Of a DNA stretch of 27,967 nucleotides, positions 1 to 9,958 are shown one piece after another. The stretch is from Actinomycetes bacterium. GTDB taxonomy: Bacteria; Actinomycetota; Acidimicrobiia; IMCC26256; JANYLB01. Location of the stretch: positions 1 through 27,967 of the forward strand of contig JANYLB010000021.1 in NCBI GenBank assembly GCA_025363815.1, in the 5' to 3' direction. Position 1 is the first letter of the stretch. Each line of letters opens with the position of its first letter. Position numbers and translations under genes: made by a program. The notes beneath the pieces were generated by a model. It ran no database searches. It had not been told where the DNA came from and worked only from the letters and a program-made list of their open reading frames with translations.

Positions 1-516
1 CGAAGCCCCAGATCCGCTGGTTCGCTGCGAGCATGGAGTCGTCGTGCGCCGACGGGTCCTGGTCGTCGACGTAGTTGCAGTGGATGCGACCTTGTCGCCG
101 GCCCTCCAGTTGCGCACCGCGGAGCCGGTGCGCAACACGACCCCCGATGCATCACTGCCCATTACGTGGAACGGCTGGTCGTGACGCGCGCCCCACACGC
201 TTTCCCGACCCAGTCGCTTCAAGAAGCCGAAGGTCGGAAGCGGTTCGAAGATCGACGTCCACACCGTGTTGAAGTTGATCGAGCTTGCCATCACCGCCAC
301 GTAGGCCTCGTCCGGCGCGAGCTCGGGGAGTGGAAACTCTTCGACGTGCGTAGACGTGCGGGGATCCTTCTGCTCCGACGGAACCCCCGCGAACATCTCC
401 TGTTCGTCGGCGCGCACCAGCGCGCCGCGAACGACCTCAGGCAGGGGAAGGGCGCCGATGTCGGCGGTTGCGCCCTCGAGGATCGCGGTGCGGATGGCGT
501 CGATCTCGGTGCTCAT
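1..516 (-). CDS. ccr: crotonyl-CoA carboxylase/reductase (Ccr-like enoyl reductase), N-terminal part; the gene runs off the window start. An apparent 1-nt frameshift near 80-90 makes it a possible pseudogene or sequencing error.
   Basis: Hand translation of the minus strand from the ATG at 516 gives MSTEIDAIRTAILEG...EMFAGVPSEQKDPR...VAVMASSINFNTVWTSIFEPLPTFGFL...HVMGSDASGVVLRTGSAVRNWRAGDKVA. This matches the conserved Ccr N-terminus (EMFAG, VAVMASS-NYNTVWTSIFEP, GSDxAGVVLRTG, PGDxVV). After GDKVA the conserved continuation (IHCNYVDDQDPSAHDDSMLAANQRIWGF, cf. Ccr HC...HDDTML...QRIWGF) is found only in the +1 frame. The ORF track misses it because it has no in-window stop. Confidence 0.8.
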   Translation of the reverse strand, partial: MSTEIDAIRTAILEGATADIGALPLPEVVRGALVRADEQEMFAGVPSEQKDPRTSTHVEEFPLPELAPDEAYVAVMASSINFNTVWTSIFEPLPTFGFLKRLGRESVWGARHDQPFHVMGSDASGVVLRTGSAVRNWRAGDKVASTATTSTTRTRRRTTTPCSQRTSGSGAS

Positions 517-670
517 GGACCAGACCGTATCGGGAGCGATCGACGCGACTCCACCGCTGCGTTCGTCGGCCCGGGAGCGGCTCGACGAGATGGATGTGAC
601 CCCGGCTAGCATCAAGTGACCGCCCGGTAACAAGCGGGTGAGCCCGGAATCCTGCGTCCAGGGGAGCAAA

Positions 671-1855
671 ATGCCCGGTTCCGTCATCGTCTCATCGGCC
701 CGCACGCCCATCGGCAAGCTGTCGGGGGCGTTCGTGTCCTTCAGCGCCATGGATCTCGGTGGCTTCGCCATCAAGGCCGCGCTCGAGCGCGCCGGGGTCT
801 CGGGCGACCAGGTCGACTACGTGCTCATGGGTCAGGTGCTCCAGGCCGGCCAGGGTCAGATGACGGCCCGACAGGCGGCGGTCAACGGTGGGATCCCGAT
901 GACCGTCCCGGCGATGACCGTGAACAAGGTCTGCCTTTCCGGGGTCAACACGATCTACCTCGCCGACCAGATGATCCAGGCGGGTGATGCCGACATCGTC
1001 GTGGCCGGCGGGATGGAGTCGATGACAGCCTCGCCGTACCTGCTCCCGAAGGCTCGGGCCGGCTACCGCATGGGCGACGGCAAGGTCGTCGACTCCCTGA
1101 TCAACGATGGTCTCTGGTGCGCGTTCGACGCCGTCCACATGGGCGCGGGAACCGAGAAATACACAACCGAGACCGGCGGGATCAGCCGCGACCTACAAGA
1201 CGAGCTGGCCGCACAGAGCCACGAGCGAGCCTCGGCTGCCATCAAGGAAGGTCGCTTTGCCGAGGAGATCGCTCCTGTTGCAGTTCCGCAACGCAAGGGG
1301 GACCCGATCCTCATTGAGAACGACGAAGGCGTGAGGCCGGGAACGACTACCGAGTCGCTCGGTAAGTTGAAGCCCGCGTTCGCGAAGGACGGCACCATCA
1401 CCGCCGGCAACGCTTCGCAGATCTCCGACGGCGGCGCCGCAGTCGTCGTGATGAGCAGGGCCAAGGCCGAGGAGCTCGGGATCACGCCTATCGCGGAGCT
1501 GGTCAGCTTCGGCATGGTCGCGGGGCCCGACCCGTCACTGCTCACCCAACCCTCCCGCTCGATCAACGCCGCGCTCGCGAAGGCTGGGCTCAGCGTCACC
1601 GACATCGACCTCTTCGAGCTCAACGAAGCGTTCGCAGCTGTCGGCATCGCGTCAATGCGTGACCTCGGCATCACCGACGACATCGTCAACGTGAACGGCG
1701 GTGCCATTGCTCTCGGTCACCCCGTCGGCATGTCGGGCACGCGCGTTGTGGCCACGATCGTGAATGAGCTCCGACGTCGCGGCGGCGGACTCGGCGCGGC
1801 AGCGTTGTGCGGCGGCGGTGGCCAAGGCGAAGCCGCAATCGTGCGCGCGCTCTGA
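671..1855 (+). CDS. acetyl-CoA C-acetyltransferase (thiolase II)
   Basis: MPGSVIVSSARTPIGKLSGAF...NKVCLSGVNTI...GNASQISDGGAAVVVMS...NGGAIALGHPVGMSGTRVV...CGGGGQGEA are classic thiolase signatures. GGGGAG RBS about 8 nt upstream of the ATG at 671; the ORF-track start at 638 is probably too early. Confidence 0.95.
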   Translation: MPGSVIVSSARTPIGKLSGAFVSFSAMDLGGFAIKAALERAGVSGDQVDYVLMGQVLQAGQGQMTARQAAVNGGIPMTVPAMTVNKVCLSGVNTIYLADQMIQAGDADIVVAGGMESMTASPYLLPKARAGYRMGDGKVVDSLINDGLWCAFDAVHMGAGTEKYTTETGGISRDLQDELAAQSHERASAAIKEGRFAEEIAPVAVPQRKGDPILIENDEGVRPGTTTESLGKLKPAFAKDGTITAGNASQISDGGAAVVVMSRAKAEELGITPIAELVSFGMVAGPDPSLLTQPSRSINAALAKAGLSVTDIDLFELNEAFAAVGIASMRDLGITDDIVNVNGGAIALGHPVGMSGTRVVATIVNELRRRGGGLGAAALCGGGGQGEAAIVRAL

Positions 1856-1864
1856 GCGACCCTC

Positions 1865-1888
1865 AACCCTTCTAATAAGGGTTTCTTC
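1865..1888 (+). terminator. candidate intrinsic terminator after the thiolase gene
   Basis: AACCCTT-ctaat-AAGGGTT, a perfect 7-bp stem, followed by a T-rich tract (TCTTCG). An AT-rich loop is unusual in this GC-rich context. Confidence 0.45.
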
Positions 1889-2026
1889 GCGCTGAGCGTG
1901 GTGCCTCGGCGCGCTCGCGCTCAAGCCGGCCGCATCGCGGGCCGATTACGGCTGGATATCCGCGACATCGGCAGCACGCGCTTGTAGCGTCGCCGCCGCG
2001 ACTAACCGCGCGAAGGGAGCGCTTCA

Positions 2027-2725
2027 ATGTCTCAGGTACCTCCGCCGCCTCCACCGGCGTCTCCACCACCTCCACCGAGCAACGCGCCCATCGGCGGGGC
2101 CTCCGCTCCACTCAACATCGGTGACGCGGTCGGCTACGGCTGGAACGCTTTTGCCAAGAACGTCGGTCCTCTGATCCTGGTGACGCTGGCGGTGTTCGTT
2201 CCCAGCATCCTCCTCAACCTGATCGCCCAGGCATCTGGGAGCCTCTTCATCTCCCTCTTCTTCAGCCTCGCCGCGGCGGTGGTGAGCTTCGTCCTCGGAT
2301 TCGGCTTGCTGCGCGCTGCGCTGCTGGTGACCCGGGGCGAAACCCCGGTCCCGGCTGATCTGTTCAAGACCGACGGGCTCGGCGCGTACTTCGTGGCGTC
2401 GATTCTGTATGGGATCGGCCTGTACGTCGGCCTGATCTTTTGCATCATTCCCGGCATCTTCTTTGCCGTCGTCTTCCACTTCTACGGGTTCGTATGCATC
2501 GACAACCCGCAGACCGGAGCCGTCGACTCACTGAAGCGAGCCGCCCAAATCACCGAAGGTCACCGGGGAACCCTCTTTGGGCTCATGGTGTTGCTATTCG
2601 TCATCAACTTCGTCGGCGCAGTGCTCTGCGGCGTCGGGCTGCTGGCGACGATCCCGATCACCGTTGTGGCTTCGGCCTACGCCTACAAGACGCTCACCGG
2701 GCAATCCGTTGCTCCGGTCCAATAG
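2027..2725 (+). CDS. polytopic membrane protein with poly-proline N-terminus (about 6 TM helices), uncharacterised family
   Basis: MSQVPPPPPPASPPPPPSN... then GDAVGYGWNAFAKNVGPLILVTL followed by several hydrophobic helices. GGGAG RBS 8 nt upstream. High GC3. Confidence 0.8.
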   Translation: MSQVPPPPPPASPPPPPSNAPIGGASAPLNIGDAVGYGWNAFAKNVGPLILVTLAVFVPSILLNLIAQASGSLFISLFFSLAAAVVSFVLGFGLLRAALLVTRGETPVPADLFKTDGLGAYFVASILYGIGLYVGLIFCIIPGIFFAVVFHFYGFVCIDNPQTGAVDSLKRAAQITEGHRGTLFGLMVLLFVINFVGAVLCGVGLLATIPITVVASAYAYKTLTGQSVAPVQ

Positions 2726-2755
2726 AACCAAAACATCGGATAGGGAGATCAAGAA

Positions 2756-3136
2756 ATGATTGCAGCCTCATCAAGCTCCGGCGGTGCCGCCGGTGCGGTC
2801 ATATTCGTCGTCTATCTAGCCATCATCGTCCTGGTAATCGCCGGCTTGTGGAAGGTCTTCACGAAGGCCGGTCAGCAGGGGTGGGCAGCGATCATCCCGA
2901 TCCTGAACACGCTGGTGATCCTCAAAGTGGTCAAACGGCCGCTCTGGTGGATAATCCTGTTCCTGATCCCGTGCGTGAGCTTCGTCGCTTGGATCATCGT
3001 CGCCATCGACCTAGCGAAGGCCTACGGGCGTGGCACCGGCTTCGCGATCGGGCTGATCCTGCTCGGACCGATCTTCATTCTGATTCTCGGTTTCGGAAGC
3101 TCGGAGTACCAGCTCGAACCCGAACCGCTGTTCTAG
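2756..3136 (+). CDS. DUF5684-like small membrane protein
   Basis: WKVFTKAGQQGWAAIIPILNTLVILKVVKRPLWWIILFLIP... is the signature motif of the DUF5684 family, with 3-4 TM helices. GGGAG RBS upstream. 30-nt gap from the preceding gene suggests co-transcription. Confidence 0.8.
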   Translation: MIAASSSSGGAAGAVIFVVYLAIIVLVIAGLWKVFTKAGQQGWAAIIPILNTLVILKVVKRPLWWIILFLIPCVSFVAWIIVAIDLAKAYGRGTGFAIGLILLGPIFILILGFGSSEYQLEPEPLF

Positions 3137-3160
3137 CGACCACTCGCATTCATTCGAATC

Positions 3161-3182
3161 GACCCCGGCGCAGGCCGGGGTC
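3161..3182. terminator. bidirectional terminator hairpin between convergent genes
   Basis: GACCCCGGC-gcag-GCCGGGGTC, a perfect 9-bp GC stem, lying between the stop at 3136 (+) and the stop at 3196 (-). Confidence 0.5.
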
Positions 3183-3195
3183 GATTCGCGTGCGG

Positions 3196-3663
3196 TCAGG
3201 TGCCGGAGCCCAGCCAGTGGAACGGTGGGTACGAAAGGTTGCGCACGACCCAGAAAACAAGCAACACGAGAACGGCGACGGCCGTCCACCGGGTCGACGG
3301 AGACCACGTCCGGAGCTTCGGGCCACCGAACGCACCGGTGAGCCAGGTGAACACACCCCAGAGGATGAAGGGGAACGCGAGCACCGCCAGCACGTTGTGG
3401 TCCAGCGCGCCAACGAGGTTGCCGCGCATCAGATCGTGCGCGGCGCGGGTGCCACCGCAGCCGGGGCAGTCGAGCCCCGTCGCGAGCTTGAACGGGCAGA
3501 TGGTGGGACCGCCTCTTGGGTCGACGATCCCAACGACCACACATCCGAAGACGAGGACCCCGCCCGCGATGATCGGCGCGATCAGAGGACGCCTCACCGG
3601 CCGCGCCGGCTCGCGTACCTCCGGCGCTGATTCCTCCGGCGGCGCCATCTGCTTCACAGACAC
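3196..3663 (-). CDS. DUF2752 domain membrane protein
   Basis: CPFKLATGLDCPGCGGTRAAHDLMRG is the diagnostic DUF2752 CPxxxxxGxxCPGCGxTRA motif. Pro-rich N-terminus and 3 TM helices. Confidence 0.8.
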   Translation of the reverse strand: MSVKQMAPPEESAPEVREPARPVRRPLIAPIIAGGVLVFGCVVVGIVDPRGGPTICPFKLATGLDCPGCGGTRAAHDLMRGNLVGALDHNVLAVLAFPFILWGVFTWLTGAFGGPKLRTWSPSTRWTAVAVLVLLVFWVVRNLSYPPFHWLGSGT

Positions 3664-3724
3664 AATCGTAGGGACTCCGCCGCCTGCCCTGCGCGCACCG
3701 ACCTCAAGCGCGGATTAGGCCGAC

Positions 3725-3890
3725 CGATATCGTGGTGACCACACGCGGCCACGTAGGCATCGACCGAGAGGGCGTTCAGGCCGGCCGTGGAATGGCAACC
3801 GCCGGGATCGTTCTCGGCTGGGTCTGGATCGGGCTGATCGTCGCTTACCTGGCCCTCGCGGCAGTTATTTCCATCAGCGGCTCGAGCTGA
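3725..3890 (+). pseudogene. decayed fragment of a DUF4190-family membrane protein gene; only the C-terminal half is recognisable
   Basis: Frame ending at the TGA at 3888-3890 reads ...GIDREGVQAGRGMATAGIVLGWVWIGLIVAYLALAAVISISGSS*. This aligns with QIDQSRGTQNGRGLAVAGIVLGWVGIGLVLLVAIALVIGAL of the intact DUF4190 protein at 19812..20207, and about 26/33 nt match over the GIVLGWV stretch. No N-terminal Pro-rich region or first TM helix lies upstream. Too short for the ORF track. Confidence 0.4.
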
Positions 3891-3973
3891 GCAGAGACTT
3901 CTGTGGGTTGGCAGATCCGGGGTCGCCGAACCAGCGGAGCTGCTCGTAGGGACGGATGCTGGATCCAGATATT

Positions 3974-5362
<1,389 letters not shown>

Positions 5363-5387
5363 CCGTCCGGCGTAGCCTTCCCTGAGC

Positions 5388-6545
5388 GTGACTGCGTCTC
5401 CGAACCCGCGAGCGATGCCCGTCACCGGCGCGTGGCGACCCGGCGACGAGCCCGGTCGGCGCGAGTTCGTGACGGTGTTCGACGCACGCCCGCGCGTGCT
5501 CGAAGCCGGTGGCCGTCTGGAACGCCTGACCGTCGCGTACGAGACCTGGGGAACACTCGACGAACACCGATCGAACGCGGTGCTCGTCCTGCATGCGCTA
5601 ACGGGCGACAGCCACGCAGCCGGGCCCGCGGGACCCGGCCATTTCCTACCCGGCTGGTGGGACGACCAGATCGGCCCTGGGCGGGCAATCGACACCGATC
5701 GCTACTTCGTGATCTGTCCGAACGTGCTCGGCGGATGCCAGGGCACGACCGGCCCCGCGTCGGCAGCATCCGACGGACGCCCGTACGGCTCGCGCTTTCC
5801 CACCGTCACGATCCGCGACCAGGTCGGCATCGAAGCTGCACTAGCCGACCGCCTCGGGATCCAACGGTGGGCTGGTGTAGTCGGCGGATCAATGGGTGGA
5901 ATGCGCGTGCTGGAATGGGCAGTCGGCTTCCCCGAGCGCGTTGGTGTCGCGGTCGTGATCGCGTGCGGAGCGAAGGCCACCGCTGAAGAGATCGCGTTGT
6001 GCTCGCTCCAGGTACGCGCGATCCGTGACGATCCGAACTTTCATGGGGGTGACTACTACGACGCGGTAGCAGGAGCAGGACCGCATCAGGGCCTCTCGCT
6101 CGCCCGTGGTATCGGCACGGTTGGCTACCGCTCGGAATGGGAGCTCGAACAGCGCTTCGGCCGGGGGCGCCAGGGCGACGAGGACCCGCTGGCCGGAGGT
6201 CGCTTCGCGATCGAGAGCTACCTCGGTTACCAGGGCGACAAGCTGGCGCAGCGTTTCGACGCCAACAGCTACATCGTGCTCAGCAACGCGATGAACCACC
6301 ACGATGTCGGCCGCGGTCGCGGCGGTCTGGCCGCGGCGCTGCGTCGGGTCCGGTGCGAGGTGGCACTGGCCGGCATCTCGTCGGACCGCCTATATCCGCT
6401 CCGGCTGCAACACGAGCTCGCGGCGCTGCTCCCCACAAGCTCCGGTGTGCAGGTCATCGAGTCGATCAGCGGCCACGACGGCTTCCTGACCGAACCCGAC
6501 GCTGTCACCAAGGTCATCGCCGGCGCACTCGCGGGCATTGGCTGA
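5388..6545 (+). CDS. metX: homoserine O-acetyltransferase
   Basis: LTVAYETWGTLDEHRSNAVLVLHALTGDSHAAG...WWDDQIGPGRAIDTDRYFVICPNVLGGCQGTTGP...GGSMGGM are MetX alpha/beta-hydrolase signatures. 25 nt after metY. Start may be the GTG at 5388 or the ATG at 5415. Confidence 0.95.
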   Translation: MTASPNPRAMPVTGAWRPGDEPGRREFVTVFDARPRVLEAGGRLERLTVAYETWGTLDEHRSNAVLVLHALTGDSHAAGPAGPGHFLPGWWDDQIGPGRAIDTDRYFVICPNVLGGCQGTTGPASAASDGRPYGSRFPTVTIRDQVGIEAALADRLGIQRWAGVVGGSMGGMRVLEWAVGFPERVGVAVVIACGAKATAEEIALCSLQVRAIRDDPNFHGGDYYDAVAGAGPHQGLSLARGIGTVGYRSEWELEQRFGRGRQGDEDPLAGGRFAIESYLGYQGDKLAQRFDANSYIVLSNAMNHHDVGRGRGGLAAALRRVRCEVALAGISSDRLYPLRLQHELAALLPTSSGVQVIESISGHDGFLTEPDAVTKVIAGALAGIG

Positions 6546-7163
6546 TCATTCGTCGACGAGACGCCGACCTTCGAACGCGCGACCGAGGGTGATCTCGTCG
6601 GCGTACTCGAGGTCACCCCCCACGGGGAGCCCGCTAGCGATGCGGCTGACCTGGAGACCGACCGGCTTGAGCAAACGCGCCAGGTACATTGCCGTGGCTT
6701 CGCCCTCGATGTTCGGGTTGGTGGCGAGGATCACTTCCTTCACGCCTTCCTCACCGACGCGCGTGAGCAGCTCCTTCACCCGCAGCTGCTCGGGTCCGAC
6801 GCCTTCGATCGGACGGATCGCGCCTTGCAACACGTGGTAGCGGCCGCGAAACTCGTTGGTCCGTTCGATCGCCACGATGTCACGCGGCTCCTCCACGACG
6901 CATAGCAACGTGGGGTCACGTCGTTCGTCTCGGCAGACCACGCAGAGCCCGCCTTCGGCGATGTCGGCGATGTTGAAGCACCGACTGCACCACGAGACTC
7001 GGTCCTTCGCATCGGTGATCGCGCCCGCCAGGCGGTTCGCGTCTTCGCGCGGCACGTTCAGGAGATAGAACGCGATGCGCTGCGCCGACTTCGGACCGAC
7101 TCCGGGGAGTCGACCGAACTCGTCGATGAGGCGCTGGACGGGGCCTTCGTACGGGGATGCCAA
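6546..7163 (-). CDS. recR: recombination protein RecR
   Basis: [35 protein letters not shown]..., a C4 zinc finger ([19 protein letters not shown]) and a Toprim region. Confidence 0.95.
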   Translation of the reverse strand: MASPYEGPVQRLIDEFGRLPGVGPKSAQRIAFYLLNVPREDANRLAGAITDAKDRVSWCSRCFNIADIAEGGLCVVCRDERRDPTLLCVVEEPRDIVAIERTNEFRGRYHVLQGAIRPIEGVGPEQLRVKELLTRVGEEGVKEVILATNPNIEGEATAMYLARLLKPVGLQVSRIASGLPVGGDLEYADEITLGRAFEGRRLVDE

Positions 7164-7170
7164 GCGAAGC

Positions 7171-7506
7171 TCAGCCGAGCAAGCCGCCGAGGTCGCCGAG
7201 GTCGAGACCCCCGGTGACCGCGCCCATTCGCTCCGTCGTGCGCTCCTGCGCGAGCTTCAGCGCTTCGCTGACCGCGGCGACCACCAGGTCTTCGAGCATC
7301 TCGACGTCTTCCGGATCGACGACCTCGGGCGCAATCGACACCGCTTCGAGCACTCCGGCGCCGGTCACGACCGCCTTGACCATGCCGCCACCCGAGGTGG
7401 CCTCGACCGTCTCTGCCGCGAGTGCTTCTTGCGCCGCAGCCATGTCGGCCTGCATCTGCTGCATCTGGCGCATCATCTGGTTCATCTGCTTTTGCTGATT
7501 GGCCAC
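7171..7506 (-). CDS. ybaB: YbaB/EbfC family nucleoid-associated protein
   Basis: [29 protein letters not shown]...[11 protein letters not shown] is the canonical YbaB sequence. Lies between dnaX and recR as in most bacteria. Confidence 0.95.
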   Translation of the reverse strand: MANQQKQMNQMMRQMQQMQADMAAAQEALAAETVEATSGGGMVKAVVTGAGVLEAVSIAPEVVDPEDVEMLEDLVVAAVSEALKLAQERTTERMGAVTGGLDLGDLGGLLG

Positions 7507-7537
7507 CGGTGCTCCTGCTCGTTCTCTGGGATCGGCT

Positions 7538-9466
7538 TCAGTTACGCGGGATCTCGTCGACCACCGTCGCGCCGAAGTCGTTCTGGAGGCGCGACACCGA
7601 ATCTACCGCCGCCTCGGCCTTCGGCGCGTCGACCAGTTCCTCGAGATCGACGATCTCTTCGGGCTCGTCGGCTGGAGGAGATGGCGGAGGCTCCCCGGCG
7701 ACTGCTTCTCCCAACGCCCCGGGCATGCGTGAGGTGAGCGAATCGCTCAGTGATTCGTCGGAGACCACGCTGAACCGCGGTCCGACCCCCAGGTGCTCGG
7801 CGAGCGCCGCCCGGATCGACGGGGCATCGCGCCGCAATCGGGCCGCCGACCGCTCATACGCCCGTGGCGATACGCCGAACACGACCACATCTCCTTCGAT
7901 CGCTATCGGTTGTGCCTCCTGTACCGCGGTACGCGTCGACATCGGCAACGTCGGCAGCACCGCCGCCCAGGCGACGATCACGTCATCGAGCTCGAGCGCG
8001 CCCGACGGAGACGCGAGAGGGGCGGTGGTGACGCCGGGCAGGGGCTCCGGCAGTGGATCGGCCGGCACCGAGGGTTCCGTCGTCGACGACGACGACTCTT
8101 TCGCGCGCTTGCGTCGGAGCGCGCCGAGCGTCGGCGCGGGCCCGGTAGGGGCCGGCGTCTGCGCCGCCACATCGGCCGGAGCGCTTCCTGCGGACGCGAC
8201 CGACGCGACGGGCAGCGTCTCGGCGCCAGGCGTGGGCCGGGCGACTGATCGGGCCGGGCGCTCCACACGAGGCGTGGGCGTCGACTGTGTTGTCGACGGA
8301 AGTGGACCTCCGGCCAACGCTTGCTCCAGTCGCTCGATGCGGTCGATGAGTGCGTAGATGGGAGGGGACGTATCGCGACGCGCAATCCGAACCAGCGCGA
8401 TCTCCAGAGTCAGACGCGGATCGGTCGCATCGGTACCTCGCATGTCGGCGACGGCATGGCCAAGCGACTCGAGCGAACGCACGAGCAACGAGTTGCCGAG
8501 CCGGGTTCCCAGGGCCGCCAGTCGAGCCCGCTCATCTTCGGCGAGATCGACTCGAACGCGGTTGCCCGCCGCAGTGAGGACGAACGCGTCGCGCAAGGTG
8601 TGGAGGAGGTCGTCGGCGACTCGACGAGGTTCGTGGCCGGCGTCGAGCAACGTCGACAGTGCGCCAAGCGCGGCGCCGGGGTCTTCGGCCGCGGCAGCCT
8701 CGAGGATCTCGGCCCGCTGTTCAAAGGCACTCCCGCCGAAGGCGTTCGTCACCTGTTCGAGGTCGAGCCGACCCGGGCTCGACGCGAGCGCTTGGTCGAG
8801 GAGCGAGAGTGCATCGCGAGCTGAACCACAACCCTGGCGGGCGATCCGCGCTATCGCATCGGCGTCGGCGTCGACACCCTCGCGCTGCAACACATCGGTG
8901 AGGATCGCCACCAATTGGTCGACGGTGTAGAGCGTGAGCTCGAAGTGCTGCGTGCGCGATCGGATGGTCGGGAGAACCTTCTCCGGGTTCGTCGTCGCCA
9001 GCACGAACACCACGTGGTCCGGCGGCTCCTCGAGGGTCTTCAACAGCGCGTTCGACGCGGCCGTGCTGAGCATGTGGACCTCGTCGACGATGTACGCCTT
9101 CTTCACCGTCGACGCACCGACCCCGAGGTGCACACGTTCGATGAGGTCTCGGATCGAGTCGACGCCGGTGTTCGACGCCGCGTCGAGCTCGATCAAATCG
9201 GCGAAGGTCCCGTTGGTGATGGCAACGCAGTTCTCGCATACGCCGCATGGCTCTCCATCGTCGCCACGGTCGAGGCAGTTGATCGCCTTCGCGAGAATCC
9301 GCGCCGTAGTCGTCTTACCCGTTCCCCGTGGGCCCGAGAACAGATAAGCGTGACCGACCCGCCCCTCGCGAACTGCCATCTTGAGCGCGGCCGTGAGGTG
9401 CTCCTGGCCGATCAGCTCCCCGAAGCGCTGCGGGCGATACTTCCGGTACAGCGACTGGTACGCCAT
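7538..9466 (-). CDS. dnaX: DNA polymerase III subunits gamma/tau
   Basis: MAYQSLYRKYRPQRFGELIGQEHL...GHAYLFSGPRGTGKTTTARILAKAINC is the AAA+ clamp-loader N-terminus. Zinc module CGVCENC. Pro/Ala-rich linker and tau C-terminal domain. Confidence 0.95.
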   Translation of the reverse strand: MAYQSLYRKYRPQRFGELIGQEHLTAALKMAVREGRVGHAYLFSGPRGTGKTTTARILAKAINCLDRGDDGEPCGVCENCVAITNGTFADLIELDAASNTGVDSIRDLIERVHLGVGASTVKKAYIVDEVHMLSTAASNALLKTLEEPPDHVVFVLATTNPEKVLPTIRSRTQHFELTLYTVDQLVAILTDVLQREGVDADADAIARIARQGCGSARDALSLLDQALASSPGRLDLEQVTNAFGGSAFEQRAEILEAAAAEDPGAALGALSTLLDAGHEPRRVADDLLHTLRDAFVLTAAGNRVRVDLAEDERARLAALGTRLGNSLLVRSLESLGHAVADMRGTDATDPRLTLEIALVRIARRDTSPPIYALIDRIERLEQALAGGPLPSTTQSTPTPRVERPARSVARPTPGAETLPVASVASAGSAPADVAAQTPAPTGPAPTLGALRRKRAKESSSSTTEPSVPADPLPEPLPGVTTAPLASPSGALELDDVIVAWAAVLPTLPMSTRTAVQEAQPIAIEGDVVVFGVSPRAYERSAARLRRDAPSIRAALAEHLGVGPRFSVVSDESLSDSLTSRMPGALGEAVAGEPPPSPPADEPEEIVDLEELVDAPKAEAAVDSVSRLQNDFGATVVDEIPRN

Positions 9467-9569
9467 CTCAGATCGTTCCGCTCACTCGTCGGTCGAGAGC
9501 CCCGGTTCCGCCCGACAGCCGTTCGCTCCACATGCCACGACCATACCGAATCGGAGTCGAGGTGACGCG

Positions 9570-9603
9570 GGTCGGGCGAGTGACTCGATGGCCACTCGCC
9601 CGA
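9570..9603 (-). terminator. strong hairpin between ffs and dnaX (likely ffs terminator/processing element)
   Basis: GTCGGGCGAGTG-actcgatggc-CACTCGCCCGAC, a perfect 12-bp stem. No U-tract follows, which is common in actinobacterial factor-independent terminators. Confidence 0.4.
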
Positions 9604-9667
9604 CCGGAGAACATGCGGACCGTGCACCCGTCTTCGACTCGGTCGCCTCAGAGCGCGGATGTCCGTC

Positions 9668-9773
9668 GCCGGCTCAGGCCAGGCAACCCTGCGGCACACG
9701 GGAGGGCCCGCTGAGAGCTGCTTCCTTCCGGATCTGACTCGGTTCACGAGATCCCGTTGCGCAGGACCCGGCC
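9668..9773 (-). ncRNA. ffs: signal recognition particle RNA (small/4.5S type)
   Basis: Minus strand reads GGCCGGGUCCUGCGCAACGGGAUCUCGUGAACCGAGUCAGAUCCGGAAGGAAGCAGCUCUCAGCGGGCCCUCCCGUGUGCCGCAGGGUUGCCUGGCC.... It contains the universal domain-IV motif GUCAG-(A/G)UCCGGAAGGAAGCAGC. The 5' CCUGCGCAACGGG pairs with the 3' CCCGUGUGCCGCAGG to close helix 5. Canonical position immediately upstream of dnaX. Ends are approximate, about +/-5 nt. Confidence 0.75.
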
Positions 9774-9958
9774 ATCATTGCCACGTGCGGATCGCCTTCT
9801 CTGAGACGGCCCGAGCCTCTGACGGGAATTCAGCCCCCCGTACGTGGATTTGGGGTACAGGACACCACGAGCTCCCCGCCTAGCACGGTCCGCGTCGATC
9901 ACCCTAGCTCCATGGGAGCGGGTCCGATTCCGTGACGGCGGATAGCATCAACGGCTCG

